Under the pieces are notes generated by a model. It was not told where the DNA came from, did no database searches, and saw only the letters and a list, made by a program, of their open reading frames with translations. A DNA stretch of 64,000 nt from Curvularia clavata (lineage: Eukaryota): contig CP089281.1 in the NCBI GenBank assembly GCA_023920165.1, positions 620,001 to 684,000 on the forward strand, read 5' to 3'. Below are positions 12,723 to 25,149 of this stretch, piece after piece. Numbering within the stretch: the first letter of the stretch is position 1; each line of letters starts with the position of its first letter. The translations under genes and the position numbers were made by a program.

Positions 12723-14330
12723 GATGGCGGGTGGTGTGGACAAAAGCTGCTTCGAGGCAAGAGGCGTTTGTCGCAGTAGTAGGCGTAGGCGTAGAGCAGC
12801 CGCTGGGTGAAGCACTGTGGGGTGCTACAGCAGCAACGCGACGAGGGAAGATGCAAATATGACGAGGCGCAGAAAAACGAAGGGCAAGACGGGACGGTTT
12901 TTAAGATCCGGAAGGGTCCAGGATCAGTCTTGTCTTTGCTGCGACTGGGCTGCAGCGTGCGACAATGCTCAGGGAGGGACTCGAAGTGACGTATGGTGGA
13001 TGGAAACCGGGCGCGATACTTTAAAGTGGGCATGGGCGAATGGCGGGGGAGGCTGGTATTGTGTGGCTGGATCGTGCCTTCTGCATTTCTGGCCAACCAG
13101 CTCACCACACCACCACACCACCATGCCCAGCCATACATACCATCTCGTCCTCAAACACACAAACATTCACCCGCCGGTTCGCCGCCTTGGTTTCGCCAAC
13201 AGCCGCCCCTCAAACGTGCTCGCAGCGCTAGCCCTCTGTCGCTGCCCCCAATGCTGCCACCCTCGATGCGCCTTCGCTACGGCAAGTCGGCGTCCAAGAC
13301 GCCAACACAGATGGCTGCGCATCGACTGTGGGCCCAGTACAGCTGTCGGCGCCCAACCCACTTCCCGTGTCGCAAGGCGAGGAGCGCCGAAAGATAGCGT
13401 CCAGACCAGCATTCCCCGGCTCCGGCATCACCCAGCGCTTCGGGCCCAAGCTCCCCATTCCAGAGGGCGCGGGCCTCGTGCCTTTTCAGGGCTTGTGGCA
13501 TTGTTATAATATTACTAGCATCCTCTTGGACACGAGGCCTTGTTGGCAACATCCGAAACCTGCCGTGCCGCCTCTGCTTCTAATTGCACCTGGATGGGAT
13601 TACTGACACACAGGACCACTCCAATCAGCCGGCTTGTCATCGTACGCAACTGGGCCTAGACACTCTGTGCCGACAATGTTATTGGTCTCGGTGTCCAAGC
13701 CATGCAGCCTTCCTGCAAAGGCTTCGCTTTTTCTCAGTGGCTGCTCGCTTCGCGGATGAACATGCAGCAACCGGTAGGCGTAAAGTTCTTATCAGCAGCC
13801 AGGCCGCATTTGATACTGCCCTGTGCTCCGCATCCTGACAGGCGGGACGGGTACATGGACATCAACCTTCGAGAACTGCTAGGTTCAATATGTACTGTGC
13901 AGCCCCAGCCTATGCAGCTGCAGGCGACCTGGTCGATCTCAAATCCATCTCTCACTCAGCTCTCCTTGGTCTCTTACTCGTGTTCTTCGGACCCTGTGCT
14001 GCCTTGATGCCTCCTTGCGGCACAGCCGTACATTCTTTCAGCTGCGCTCTTGTCTTTCCCCTGTTCAATTTGAGTACAGTCCCTCTAACAGACATTACCG
14101 GCACCTGTTGTTCTTTTGTTCATGACACTTGGATGAACTCAAGTATCCACCGAAATCAGTGACACAGCAAACGACGGCACAGCCTGATCCCACGGCATCC
14201 ACCTCCTTGATTGATGCACTAGAAGAGGGTTTGCGGATATTGGGTGCTGTTTACGCACGACTTCACGGCCTTGTCAACATCACATCTTCAAATTCAAATA
14301 AAGGGGCTCCATCAGCAATACCGCTAAAAT

Positions 14331-17300
14331 ATGTCGGCACGAGGCGCTCGGAGTCGGAAAGTCCAGCAGAAGGAAGTCGAGAAAAAGGAAAAGAAGGGTT
14401 TAGCGAAAGGGAAAGCACCAGAGCCAATTTTGGAAAACCATGATGCATTCATAGAATGGCAGCCATCGCCCAGCCCCAGTAACCCAAGGAGCGGCATCTC
14501 TCGTTCTCTCACAGTGTCCAGCAGTAACACGGAGACTTCATCCGGAAGTCGATCCAGACCAATAAAATCTCCAACAGCCGATTCGACCTCTGTGTCTGAC
14601 ATGTCTTCGAAAGGCAAAGAGAACACAAGATATCAGGCCAAAGGTAAGGATACGAAAGCACCCCGTGGTAGAGGTGGAGGCGTCCCGGCGAAGAAAACTG
14701 TTGCGCCTTCTCCTGCACCGCCGGTGTTCCGATCTGAGTCAGCGGCCTCCAACCCCCTGCCGCTGAACCAAAAGACATGGATAAATTTCAAAGTATGGCA
14801 GGGAGGCAAAGAAGGAATGCGCCCGTATGGAGGTTTTGAATATGTAGGTTCTCGCTATTGGCTCTTAGCGTTATGTTAGTCTGACGCAATGCGCTAGGAT
14901 GAAGACATGCAGCACGGAAGCGTGCTCATCTACTTCAAGGAAGAGCAAGTGGACGATGATCGCCCAACACCCTCTATAAGAGCAGAACTAGAGGTACTGC
15001 AGAATGCGGGTTCTACGTGGCTGAAGAATGCTCTGCTCTACAGCCAGATGGACGATAATGATGTTGATGACTGGACTCTTTCCGGAAGCGCAAGCTCAGC
15101 GTCTGAACCTTTTTCACCCAATTTTCCGCCATCTGTCCAGACACGAATGCTAGGTCCAACTTCTCCTGGCGGGAGATCCCCACCACCCTTTAATATCGAC
15201 CAAGCGCATACTAGTATAGATTCCAGAGCCACTTCCAGAAGCCGACATGTAGACGATTCTAACTCGCCTTCGTTGTTTCGTCAGACCAACAAGCGCACTG
15301 CCACTCATGAGATATGGTTCACGGCCCCGAGCAAAGTGAAAACACCTCAAGCACAAAGACTGCACTTTGTCGCTATTCGCAACTTTCTGGCAATGCTACA
15401 TGGTAAACCCATTGTTGGATCAGACGTGTACGAGATGCTCTGTACACTGCAGCCAGAGATACAAGTGATGTACGATCTGGATACAGACACTAGATCAGGC
15501 ATGACGGCGCAGGAGCGCAGCGTACATATGATCACAAACTATCTAGGCCAAAATGGATTAGACGACTTGCGCAACAATGTACGACATGCTCTAGGGCTTC
15601 TTGCGTGGGCAGAGCAAGACGGTGTGAAATGGAGACAAGGCTACCTTGAAAGCTTTGTCCATCTATGCGGTGTCATGACACTGGAACTTGAAGATCGACC
15701 AGAGTTCAAACGTTTGTCTGTCGTCACTAGAAGAAACCTTGGAATCGCCGGAAAAACACTACAGCTCCGTGTGATGGAGGCGGAAGATAAGCTGTCCAGT
15801 TTCGATTTTGGTGGCCTATGGGAAGGAATGCCAAAGGCAAACAATAGTCCAGTTTACCAGAGCTATCAGGATTTTCGTCGATTCCTCACTTCTCATTTCA
15901 CGCAAATTTACGGTAATTGGCCACCTAGTTCCGACAAGCCTTGGCTCAATCGCAAAATCGTACAAGGGCTCCAGGAAGATTTCGGATCTCTGTACGACTA
16001 TTTGGTTGATAGAGATGTGATTTGGAATCCACGCGAGGAGCGTGCTACCAGGAAATGGGAAATGGCTCATCGCAAGAACAACAGTTTCAGCGCCGATCTA
16101 CCAGAACTTGGCATGACGGACATGCTCGTCACGTACGACGCCAAGAATGGGTATGCACATATCCCACATCCCTATCCGCTGCTACCAAGAGAGGTACCGA
16201 AGGATGCCAAAGAGAAAGAGAAGAAGGGGTTCTTTGCATCGTTGAAGAAGGAGAAGCCCAAAGATGCTACAAAGGATGCGAAAGCCCACTTACAGCTTTC
16301 TATTGTCTTCAGCGATGCGACAAACATCGAAAAACTGGACGCCAACTTCAATGGTGAGCTGGCAACGTCAAAAGCTTGCCATGATTTTGAACTAATCATT
16401 GTGATAGGATCTACGCTGATCGACAAATTCGAACAATATGAACTCACAACGAATCTAAAACAAATGTCGCCTCGAGAAGCACGTCTTGGGCGCTGGGTGC
16501 TTCTGTATGGAATTCTTCAAGTCCTCTCTACCCTCTCTGTCGATGTCCAAGGCCTAAAGTACAGTGAGGGCGTCCGATACTTCCTCAACACAGACCTGAA
16601 GCGCCTCCCCGAATGGGTCAGTAACGGTCAGATGGAGCACCTAGAAGCCACACAACAACGGTCTTGGTGCTGGCAGCGTGCGTGGGACCCCATGCCCGTC
16701 CCAAGTGCACCTGTGGAGCTTGAGGCTCCATTGGGCAACGAGCGCACCATGCGATACAACACCTTTCGCGATGCTGAGGCAGCTGGTCATACCTTTCTTA
16801 GCCCACCACCTCAACACGCACTACCGCCGCCACCTAGTCTCGATGGCGCAACCCTGATGCAAAATGAAATCCAACGTCTCGGCGAGAAGATTGACAACTT
16901 CTCTCTCACCCACAACTCCAGACCTAACACGCGTCAAGACTGTGAACCAGAGATGCAAGATGGACTTCATGATCGGAAATCACGGCTACAAGGCGAGACG
17001 TTTGGGCCACAAGCGGCACGCAACAGCCACCGTGAGAGGACCAACATCAACAACAACGACATTACCTTGAACACACGCACGGATTCTCTTGGCCGTCACA
17101 GAGAACAGACTCTTCACCCACCTAGAAGCCAGTCTCGCATGGAAGACATTTTTCACCTTACCGGGCCCAGCTTTGATAACGCGGCCAGCGTCTCTTTCCT
17201 CGATCGTCAGCAACACGCTCTGCTGCAACATCCACCGAGCATCTCGCTGCCAAGGCACAACAATCATATCAGTGTAGACACGGATCTAGGAAGCTATCCA

Positions 17301-17471
17301 TTTAGCTCGAGCGAGGTGCAATGGCCTGTTCCTCCTGGGTACGCTGAGAGCAACGCAAATGCGCGCTATAGGGATAGTACGGTGCTGGGCAGAGGAGATG
17401 AGAGGGAAGACGTGATGGGACTGAGAATGGGTCAGCGAAGGGCACATGACAGGAGCGGGTGGGATCGATGA
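14331..17471 (+). CDS. Conserved fungal hypothetical protein (~1000 aa); introns 14844-14897 and 16354-16407
   Basis: A 182-aa ORF and an 854-aa ORF are joined by GTAGGT..CTGAC..TAG. Globular core with RNFLAML.GKPIVG, W..GYLESFVH, YGNWPP and RLGRWVLLYGILQVL motifs. Confidence 0.8.
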
Positions 17472-17712
17472 AGTTTCTACGGAAGCTAGGGGGTGAGTGT
17501 CAAAAGGAGGAAGAAATAAACGTAATAATTCTGGGGTGTGGAAACCCCAAATATCCTTTGTCGTCGCTTTCGCTTTTTTTCTTTTTGTCTTGGTTCAATG
17601 GCTAAAAGTAACAAGGTCAACATGTCTTGGAGGGAATGCATTATTCTTGGTGTCGCCACAAAAGAACGTGGGTTGGATATAATAATATTTCTTCGTTGTA
17701 TGTACTCAGCAT

Positions 17713-19632
17713 TCATCCATTGCCTAGTGAAAAGAAAGCTCTCCTCTTCTCACGAGCTTCTTGTTCTGAAGTATGTGACTCGTTTCTTGGCCGTCGTCGC
17801 TTCCCCTTCGCTGTTTGTTTCGAAACAACAGGCTGCCTCTCTGGAGCTGATAAGGGTACCGTGGATTTGACCACTTCCTTAATTGTTTGCTTGGAGAGGC
17901 AGAAGTCGATATGAGCGTTGAAGCTCACATCATCTGGGGCTTGTGGGACGTTGCAGACAGGACATGGCCATTGTGCGGTGGGAGTGGTGGCCTCGCTCAT
18001 GTCTTGCTGCTCTTGTTCTTGCGATAGTCTTTCTAGCTCATTCATCTCGTCGTTGCGTTCCTGTCTCGCGGCCTCTTCGAATTCCTCTTCAGGCCAGGTT
18101 TCCCATACCTCGTCATCTTTCGGGACCGGCTTCTTCGCAGTCGTTATGGATGTCTTTGCAGCACGACCAAAGAAGTCGATTCCAGGCTTCTTTGTGCTGA
18201 TGATATGTGTGACTCGTAGACCCATTAGTCGTAAACGCATGTTGGGGATTTCCTTCATCAGTTTCTCCAGCATTGGCAAGCTGTACTTGTACAAGTCATC
18301 TGCTTTGTGAACGGCGAAGGGGGGTGTGGTCTGTCGTGTATGCACCTCGTACGTGTGAAGCTTGATTTTGATACAGAGCGTCCTGCCTTTGTACTCAGTG
18401 CGCTTAAGATCGCCTTCCAGCTCTTCTGCTACTTGACGGAGTTTCTCGCGTAGAGCATCCGGGGCTTGTAACTCTTTGAAAGTGGTCTCTGTGCCAACAC
18501 TTTTCCGCTCATAGTCTTCCGCTCGTTTGATGATGGTGCGCCCAAGACCCAGATAGCACTGCATCAGAAACTGAAATGCTTTCTGACCGAAAAGCTTTGC
18601 TATATATGCTCGATGGGCATAGATGTCGCCGCATGTCTTCACACCTATAGCGTCAAGTTCTCGTTCAAACACACGGCCAATGCCATTTACTTTCCGCGTA
18701 GGCAGCGTCCTCATAAAGTCTATGATAGTCTGCCTGTCACTGGGGAGCAAGAATTGCCCATTTGGCTTGTTTATGTTGGAGCAGATCTTGGCAAGCTTAG
18801 CATTGGCGGCGATGCCGGCAGACACTGTGATTTTGGCCTTGTTGTAGACGTCGGCACGCATCTGGCTGACGGCTTCCTCAGGGGTCATATGATGCTCCTC
18901 GCAGTATTGTGTGAGGTTAAGATAGGCCTCATCGCAGCTGGCGCTCTCAAAGTTGGGATCGTACAGCGCCAGCACCTCGCGAACCTCTTCTGCCTTGGCC
19001 GAGTACTTTGCAAAGTTCATGGGAATGCAGATAAGCTGTGGACATAGCTTCATGGCGACAAAGCCTGCCATTCCCGATCGGCAGCCAAACTTCCTCGCAT
19101 GGTAGTTGCAGGTTGTCAGCACGCCCTTGCCCACAGCGAAGGGAACGTCTTTCAACTCTGGTCTATCGAGCTCTTCTACGGCAGCAAAGAAGGCATCGCA
19201 GTCAAGATGCACAACCACCTGGCTCAGATCCCTGCTCAGTTCCAACTCGGCGATGTATTCGTCGGCTCTACGCAGGTCGGAGGCCAGATCGAGCTTCTCC
19301 AGCTGGCGCCTCTTGGCCAGGATCTTGTCGATCTTCTCGGTGAGCACCCGGTCTTTGGCCTCTTCATTGTTGAAGAACTTTGAGCCTTTGGACGCGTTGT
19401 AGATGATCTCGGAGACCTTGGACTGGTCGACCGAGTCCTGGCCGGCCTTTGTGAGCGAGGGGCCGAGCAGATGGTACTTGAGGGACTCATGCTCGTCGTT
19501 GGAGGGCGTGCGGTTAGGCTGGGGTTGCTGGGGCGCGTCGTGAGCGGTCATGGTGGACGCGTCGGGCTGCTGGGCGCCAGTGCCATGGTGTAGACGTGGT
19601 GCCGGTGAAGGGGCCGACCCTGCATCGCTCAT
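17713..19632 (-). CDS. POLK: DNA polymerase kappa (Y-family, DinB/Pol IV) with C-terminal UBZ zinc finger
   Basis: VHLDCDAFFAAVE, TTCNYHARKFG, ASCDEAYL, SAGIAAN..LAKI, KPNGQ, VNGIG and RKSVGTETTF motifs, plus C2HC finger CPVC..FNAHIDFC. Intronless 639-aa ORF. Confidence 0.95.
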   Translation of the reverse strand: MSDAGSAPSPAPRLHHGTGAQQPDASTMTAHDAPQQPQPNRTPSNDEHESLKYHLLGPSLTKAGQDSVDQSKVSEIIYNASKGSKFFNNEEAKDRVLTEKIDKILAKRRQLEKLDLASDLRRADEYIAELELSRDLSQVVVHLDCDAFFAAVEELDRPELKDVPFAVGKGVLTTCNYHARKFGCRSGMAGFVAMKLCPQLICIPMNFAKYSAKAEEVREVLALYDPNFESASCDEAYLNLTQYCEEHHMTPEEAVSQMRADVYNKAKITVSAGIAANAKLAKICSNINKPNGQFLLPSDRQTIIDFMRTLPTRKVNGIGRVFERELDAIGVKTCGDIYAHRAYIAKLFGQKAFQFLMQCYLGLGRTIIKRAEDYERKSVGTETTFKELQAPDALREKLRQVAEELEGDLKRTEYKGRTLCIKIKLHTYEVHTRQTTPPFAVHKADDLYKYSLPMLEKLMKEIPNMRLRLMGLRVTHIISTKKPGIDFFGRAAKTSITTAKKPVPKDDEVWETWPEEEFEEAARQERNDEMNELERLSQEQEQQDMSEATTPTAQWPCPVCNVPQAPDDVSFNAHIDFCLSKQTIKEVVKSTVPLSAPERQPVVSKQTAKGKRRRPRNESHTSEQEAREKRRAFFSLGNG

Positions 19633-20118
19633 GATAAGTGGGGAGTCATCTCTTGGGAGAGGGCGACGAGGACGGGGCCGCTAAGAGGCGAGGTGAGGAC
19701 TCAGGGCGGCCATGACGCGCCTTCACGCTTGGACCCAGACGGGCTTAGCGCGGCGTGAAACCCTTGAGGGTCAGTCAGGGCTGGTGCATGTCGTTCATCT
19801 TGTTGCAGAACCGACACCTCACGCCCACGAACGCATTCCCCCCTCTTTTCCTGCTGTCTCGCGCCCGCTGACCATGGGCTGCACACCAATCACTCTGCAT
19901 CCTCCGCCGCCGCCATTGTAGAAGTGGGGCCTTACACGTAAATCTGAGGCTGTCGTGACCCTGTAGACACCCGACACGCCAACTAGCGGCGACGGTCAAC
20001 ATCCATCGTCAACACCGCCCTTAGCCCGCATCCCGCCCATTGCCTCGCCCCCAGCAGGCCATGAGCTCCCTCTGCACCAGCTGCCCCGATTCCACACGAT
20101 AGCCCAACGCCCTGGAGA

Positions 20119-22347
20119 ATGCCCATCGAACGAACCGACCGCAATAACCCACGGCCACTGAAGCCGACGCTCGCTAGTACCCGAACTGCCTCCGCGAAGA
20201 CGCCCTTGACCCCTCGACTGGCTGTTGCCTCGTCTGCCTCTTCCACAGTCAGCTCCTCGAGCTCCCGCACTGCCCGTACCAGTACTGGCACTGCTTCCCG
20301 GCCTACTCTTACTGTCGCCTCCAATGACGGTACCACCAAGCCCTTCCTCGGTACAAATGTCACGCCTCGCACTTCGTCAAGAAAGTCCCGCGGCGGCGCA
20401 GACAGCGCCTCGACTACGCCCAATGCTACCCCCAACAGTTCACGCCCAAGCTCCACGGTAGACTTTCCACACCGGGACCACCACAGCAGCGGACATAGTG
20501 CGGTTGGAAGCGCTGTTGGAAGCGCTGTTGGAAGGGGCGGTGGAGTGGCTGCACGACCGCGCAGCACACCTGGCCCAACCAGTTATGCCACACCCACGCC
20601 GAGAGCTCCGTTGGCCAGCACATACAACTACGCGCCATCCGACACCGGATCAAGGAAAGACAACTCGCCGCTGTTCTTTCACGCCAATGATGCCCGCCCG
20701 CACGAACAGCCCGCCCCTGCTCCAGCTCCCGTCAAGAAGGCACCCACCTTCTTTTATGCCGATGGACGGCAAGATGATAGTCCACCTCACAATGCGCCAT
20801 CCCCGCCCCTATCCTCTCTGGGAAGAGCCCCGTCAGAAAGCAAGTTCTTCCACGCAGACTCCATATCTGAGTCAAGAGACCGCCCACCAATACTTACACC
20901 ACCACCTATTCCTACCTCCCCTGAACCACTTCCGCCCCCTGCAGCCCCTCATGGAACGTCGCTCCGGCCGCCATCTCCCACTAAGGATTGGACACATCTA
21001 TCATACCGCAAAGGAGCCTCACAAGTCCGTCCAGCGTTGAGTAGGGGAAGCTCGGCAAGTGCAGGTAGTACACCCATGGCCATTCTGGGTGGACCAAACA
21101 CATCCGACGCCTCTGATACGACCAGGCGGAGATCGAGCACTGCTTCCATGATCAAGCGTGGGGGACATGTCAAAAGCTCCAGCCTCTCATCGATTGACTC
21201 CGTGTCCAGTGTGAGGAAGATGTCGGCTCACGAGCCTCCCGGAATGACGCCAAGCCCGTTGCATACTGAGAAAAGTGCCACCGGTAACGCATCCCCTCCG
21301 GACAATGCCGCTTCAGCCTCTCCACGGTACACTGCCTTTTCTCCGCTTAATTCTCCCAAGTCAGCAAGCCCGACTAGAGGCAACGACGCACGAAGTGCAC
21401 TGGAAGTCATGAACGAACTGGCGGCAAACGCACGAAGGGAACGAAAAGTGCTCGATCTTGAGATCAGCAACTCATCGCTTCTTGCTATCAATAGATCATT
21501 AGAGAAAGAAGTGCGGAAACAAAAGGCCGAGATCAGGCGTTTCCGCCGCATGAGCCGAGCTGGGCATTTTTCTGTAAATGCCATGAGCTCCCATGATGAG
21601 ACCTCTTCCGTCAGTGCCAGTGGACTGGGGGACCTTTCAGACATGTCTGAAGAGGAGGAGACGCCTGAAGAAGAAGAAGAGGAAGAACCAGACAGCAGCG
21701 ATTCCTCACTTGACGACAGTGCCTTGAGTCCTAGCGCTCAGCTCGAGCGGGACGAAGCGCACCGCTCGCGGGACGAGAAGCGTCTTCAGCTTGATCTGTC
21801 GAAGCACCGGGAGATGCTCAACGACAGTCAAAAGATGAACCAGAGCTTGAGGAAGTGTCTGGGATGGACAGAGCAGCTGATCAAAGACGGTCAGAAGGCA
21901 CTCGAGTACAAAGTGAATGTAAGCGACGTCAAGCTAGGCGGTCGCGTACTCATCTCAGAAGACGACAATGAAGTCGCCGAGACGGAAGAGTCTCGGGGTC
22001 TCCTGAGTCCCTGGAATCCATTGCAGCACACCATGGACGCTTTGGACTCTCCATTCTTCCCAGAGACAAATCGAATCGTCGACCGTGACAGCGGGGTCCA
22101 CTTTGATCGATCAGAACATATCCAGCGAGGCAACGAATCCATGTCTTCCACTCTCAACGGCCAAGGTAAATCAATGAGCCCTGACAAAGAGTTTCGCCCC
22201 CACCTCCCAGGTCGATGGGTGTCATACCAAGATTCAGGCTTGAAACCTCACGAGGATCTCACGCCACTTGGTTCACCTTTTGAAGAGCGTATCAGGCATC
22301 TCCATGCCTCCATCGATGCTTTGGAAGCATCAAACAAGGCTTATTAG
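20119..22347 (+). CDS. Conserved fungal hypothetical Ser/Pro-rich coiled-coil protein
   Basis: 742-aa ORF with FFHA/FFYA repeats, a coiled coil ARRERKVLDLEISNSSLLAINRSLEKE, an acidic tract and a second coiled coil. A small intron near the 3' end cannot be excluded. Confidence 0.8.
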   Translation: MPIERTDRNNPRPLKPTLASTRTASAKTPLTPRLAVASSASSTVSSSSSRTARTSTGTASRPTLTVASNDGTTKPFLGTNVTPRTSSRKSRGGADSASTTPNATPNSSRPSSTVDFPHRDHHSSGHSAVGSAVGSAVGRGGGVAARPRSTPGPTSYATPTPRAPLASTYNYAPSDTGSRKDNSPLFFHANDARPHEQPAPAPAPVKKAPTFFYADGRQDDSPPHNAPSPPLSSLGRAPSESKFFHADSISESRDRPPILTPPPIPTSPEPLPPPAAPHGTSLRPPSPTKDWTHLSYRKGASQVRPALSRGSSASAGSTPMAILGGPNTSDASDTTRRRSSTASMIKRGGHVKSSSLSSIDSVSSVRKMSAHEPPGMTPSPLHTEKSATGNASPPDNAASASPRYTAFSPLNSPKSASPTRGNDARSALEVMNELAANARRERKVLDLEISNSSLLAINRSLEKEVRKQKAEIRRFRRMSRAGHFSVNAMSSHDETSSVSASGLGDLSDMSEEEETPEEEEEEEPDSSDSSLDDSALSPSAQLERDEAHRSRDEKRLQLDLSKHREMLNDSQKMNQSLRKCLGWTEQLIKDGQKALEYKVNVSDVKLGGRVLISEDDNEVAETEESRGLLSPWNPLQHTMDALDSPFFPETNRIVDRDSGVHFDRSEHIQRGNESMSSTLNGQGKSMSPDKEFRPHLPGRWVSYQDSGLKPHEDLTPLGSPFEERIRHLHASIDALEASNKAY
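20500..20534 (+). repeat. 12-bp tandem repeat x3 (GCTGTTGGAAGC; AVGS) within a coding region
   Basis: gcggttggaagc gctgttggaagc gctgttggaag. Confidence 0.8.
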
Positions 22348-23587
22348 TCACCATCACTAAATTTGTTTCTTCTTTGTCACTGCGTACAAAACGCATACCT
22401 GCTATTATTTTGTCCTTGGGATTTGCATTTTCTATTTGGCGTTTATGACTAGAAGGATATACAGGTCTGCATTACCCCCTTCCTTGGCGTAAATTGGCAC
22501 TATACGTCGAATGCGATTTCGACGTCCTACGACCATTTCCTTTGTTTTGACCATCTACACGGCCGCACACAACATCACCTCTCTTTTTGTGTCTTTTCTC
22601 TCTCTCTTTGTCTCTCTGAGGGAGAGAAAAAGACACCAATTTTGATCTCTTCATTCACACATTCTGTCTTGTTCTCGTTTTCCTTTTGTTATGTTTTTTA
22701 TGGGGCTCCTGTCCCCCCTTTTCACATTAATGTCTGATCTACGACCCATCTGTTCTTGCCCCCGTCTAGAATAGGTCGGTCGGTAACACTCGTCTTTGGG
22801 GCGGCAAAAAATGATCGCAAAAGATATCAGCAAAGGAGGAGAGAAGAAAAAAAAGGCCAAGGGCGAGAAAGTGCCCGTTGTGGGGGTCGTTTTGCATATT
22901 GATACATCTATCAGGTGGCTTTTTTTGTTCGCCGTTTGCTGCCGGGCTCCGAAAACTTATCGTCGTTTTTTTATGATACCCTTTTTTCCCCCAAACCTCT
23001 CAACTACTCTTCTTCTTTTGTGATGATCCTTTCCGATCTCAGCTCCCCTCACACAAAACTACTATTTCTTTATTTCTTTTTCTATTGAAATACATCAATA
23101 CACATGTTGTGGAAATATACGTGTTACATGAATGAACTCGATGTGCATGTTCTTGCTTGTGAAAAAGCAACGTTTGCAAACTTGTAGGGAGAACGCTGGA
23201 AGCGGGTGGGTTCTCGTAAGACCAGCATCATGAAACAGCGTAAGATTTTCCATGTGCCTGAAGCCGCGTCATTCAAGTGGACAAGAAGGGACGGAAAAGC
23301 TCAATGGTAAAGTCTTTTTTTCTCATTCAGCACGTTATCAGGTACACACCCGTCCCTCATCCAGACGGAAACGTAGTGCCAGTCATGCTGGCCTCGATCT
23401 ATGGGTATACATACTGAAAAAAACTCATCATAAAGAAAACAGCACAGACCGAAAGTTCAATCTTACCTCCCATGCACACATGCCCAGACGAGATGAGAAA
23501 GTGAAAGAAAAGTGGCAGGAAGCATTACACGTGAGGCATCAAGGGAGGAGAGAAAAGAGGAGAGAAAGCTTTTGAAAAAGGTTCAAC

Positions 23588-24761
23588 CTAAGCCCAGTAA
23601 CCCAGCAGAGCCATCAGACCTATCGAAGATGTTAGCAATGTTATGATAAAGGTATGATAAAGCATGATCCAAACTTACCAGCACCAAGAGTCATGAGACC
23701 GAAAGCCTTGAGCGTGCGGCTGACAGGGCCATTCTGCATGTAGGGGCTGAACATGAATTCGTGAGCCATGAGCTCCACCAGACCAGTGTAGATCAGGATA
23801 CCCGCACTGATGGAGTCGAAGATGCCATTGGAAAGAAGAGTAGTACGGGACTCTGGAGCAAAAGACTGGCGGACGCCAAGACCAATAGCAATGGCGATGG
23901 GAGTGGAGAGACCGTAGGCCACGCCGAGGAAGTAGGGGGTCCAGCGCTTGGAGGCAGGCCAGGGCACCTCGGCGAGACGGGATCCGAGACCGAGACCTTC
24001 GAACATTTGATGGAAGACGAGGACTATGTAGAGGGTGATGAACTCTTCTCCGGCAACGGCGAGCGTGAGACCGATGAAAATAGAGTGGAAAATGACGCCG
24101 AATTCGAGGATGAAGACGGCAGTGAGCTGAGCGGCGTATTCATCAGGCACGACGCCGCGAGGTTCGTGGTTGGAACTGTACTCGCCCTCAGCGTTGTGCT
24201 TGCGTTGGTGGCCAAGGTGGTCGTTGCCGTGAATGCTGGGGTTACGGCCATCGACTGCCTCAAGATCATGTTTCTTTCCCTCATCCACGCAGTCACTACC
24301 GGCGTTGGACGGCGGGCTAGCGGCATGAGTGTGGCTGGCATCGTGCTGGTGACCATTGCCAAAGTTGCCATAGCGCATCGTCATGAGCTCGAGGAAGAAC
24401 ATGAGGAAGATGGTCATGAGGGCGATGCCCTCTGGCCAAGGGTATACGGCAATGACGCCCTTCAAGCACTCGTTGCCCAGAGCTTCATTGGCTGGTGCAA
24501 GGAGATGGATGAAAGCAGTGGCAACAATGACACCCGATCCAAAGTACTTGGCGACGAAGAAGACCCAGTTTGGTACCAGCCTGTGTCTACTGCGCCTTGC
24601 CATGACGGGGAACACGGCACCTGTGCATGGTTAGCGTTGTTGGACACGCATGTGTTCTTGTGGTACTGACCAAAGGTAGATGCCACGAGGATGACGAAAA
24701 TGGACGAAATGCGGATGCCCATGCGTCCGTCATATTCGTTGGAACCCTCGCAAGAGTCCAT
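23588..24761 (-). CDS. zrfB: ZIP-family zinc transporter (ZrfB/Zrt2-like); introns 24621-24670 and 23620-23678
   Basis: NEYDGRMGIRISSIFVI, KYFGSGVIVATAFIHLL, a His-rich loop, LEFGVIFHSIFIGLTL, FHQMFEGLGLG and terminal MALLGYWA. Confidence 0.92.
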
Positions 24762-25030
24762 GTTGACGGTCTTGGGTGTTGAAGGGTTTCAAGTGTGAAA
24801 TGATACAAGAAGAAAAGAGGTGCTCAAGGTGAGTTGATTGACGTGTTGGATGACCACGGTAAAGGCACGGTCCGACGGGCGTGAACTGTGGTTGACCCGA
24901 CGCGAAATCGTCGCAAGGCTTGGTCAAAGGCTTGGATATGCACGAAAGGCTTGTTCGTGGCTGGGCGAAGTATGCTTTGTCGATCTCGGGCAATGGCAAG
25001 CACTATATATGAAGGTTTGTTGGGAGAACC

Positions 25031-25149
25031 AGGCACCTTGATGGCGATACGAAGTTGCTTGGGAGCACTTGTCAAAGCTTGACAGGTGGAGGGGGGTAAC
25101 AGAGGCGGGCAAACTGCCCTAAGTGCGCAAATGTGAGGACCTTGATGGG
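25031..25149 (-). promoter_or_regulatory. Putative ZafA/Zap1-type zinc-response elements upstream of the ZIP gene (25031-25045, 25135-25149)
   Basis: Minus strand GCCATCAAGGTGCCT matches the Aspergillus ZafA consensus as I recall it (DYYVYCARGGTVYYY) 15/15, and CCCATCAAGGTCCTC matches 14/15. Both lie just upstream of a TATATA box at ~25004-25010. Confidence 0.65.

Noticed and set aside
12044..13138. 364-aa minus-strand ORF and 216-aa plus-strand ORF
   Set aside because: Alternate-frame and antisense shadows of the MARVEL gene with non-protein-like composition.
23761..24669. 302-aa plus-strand ORF
   Set aside because: Antisense shadow of the codon-biased ZIP transporter.
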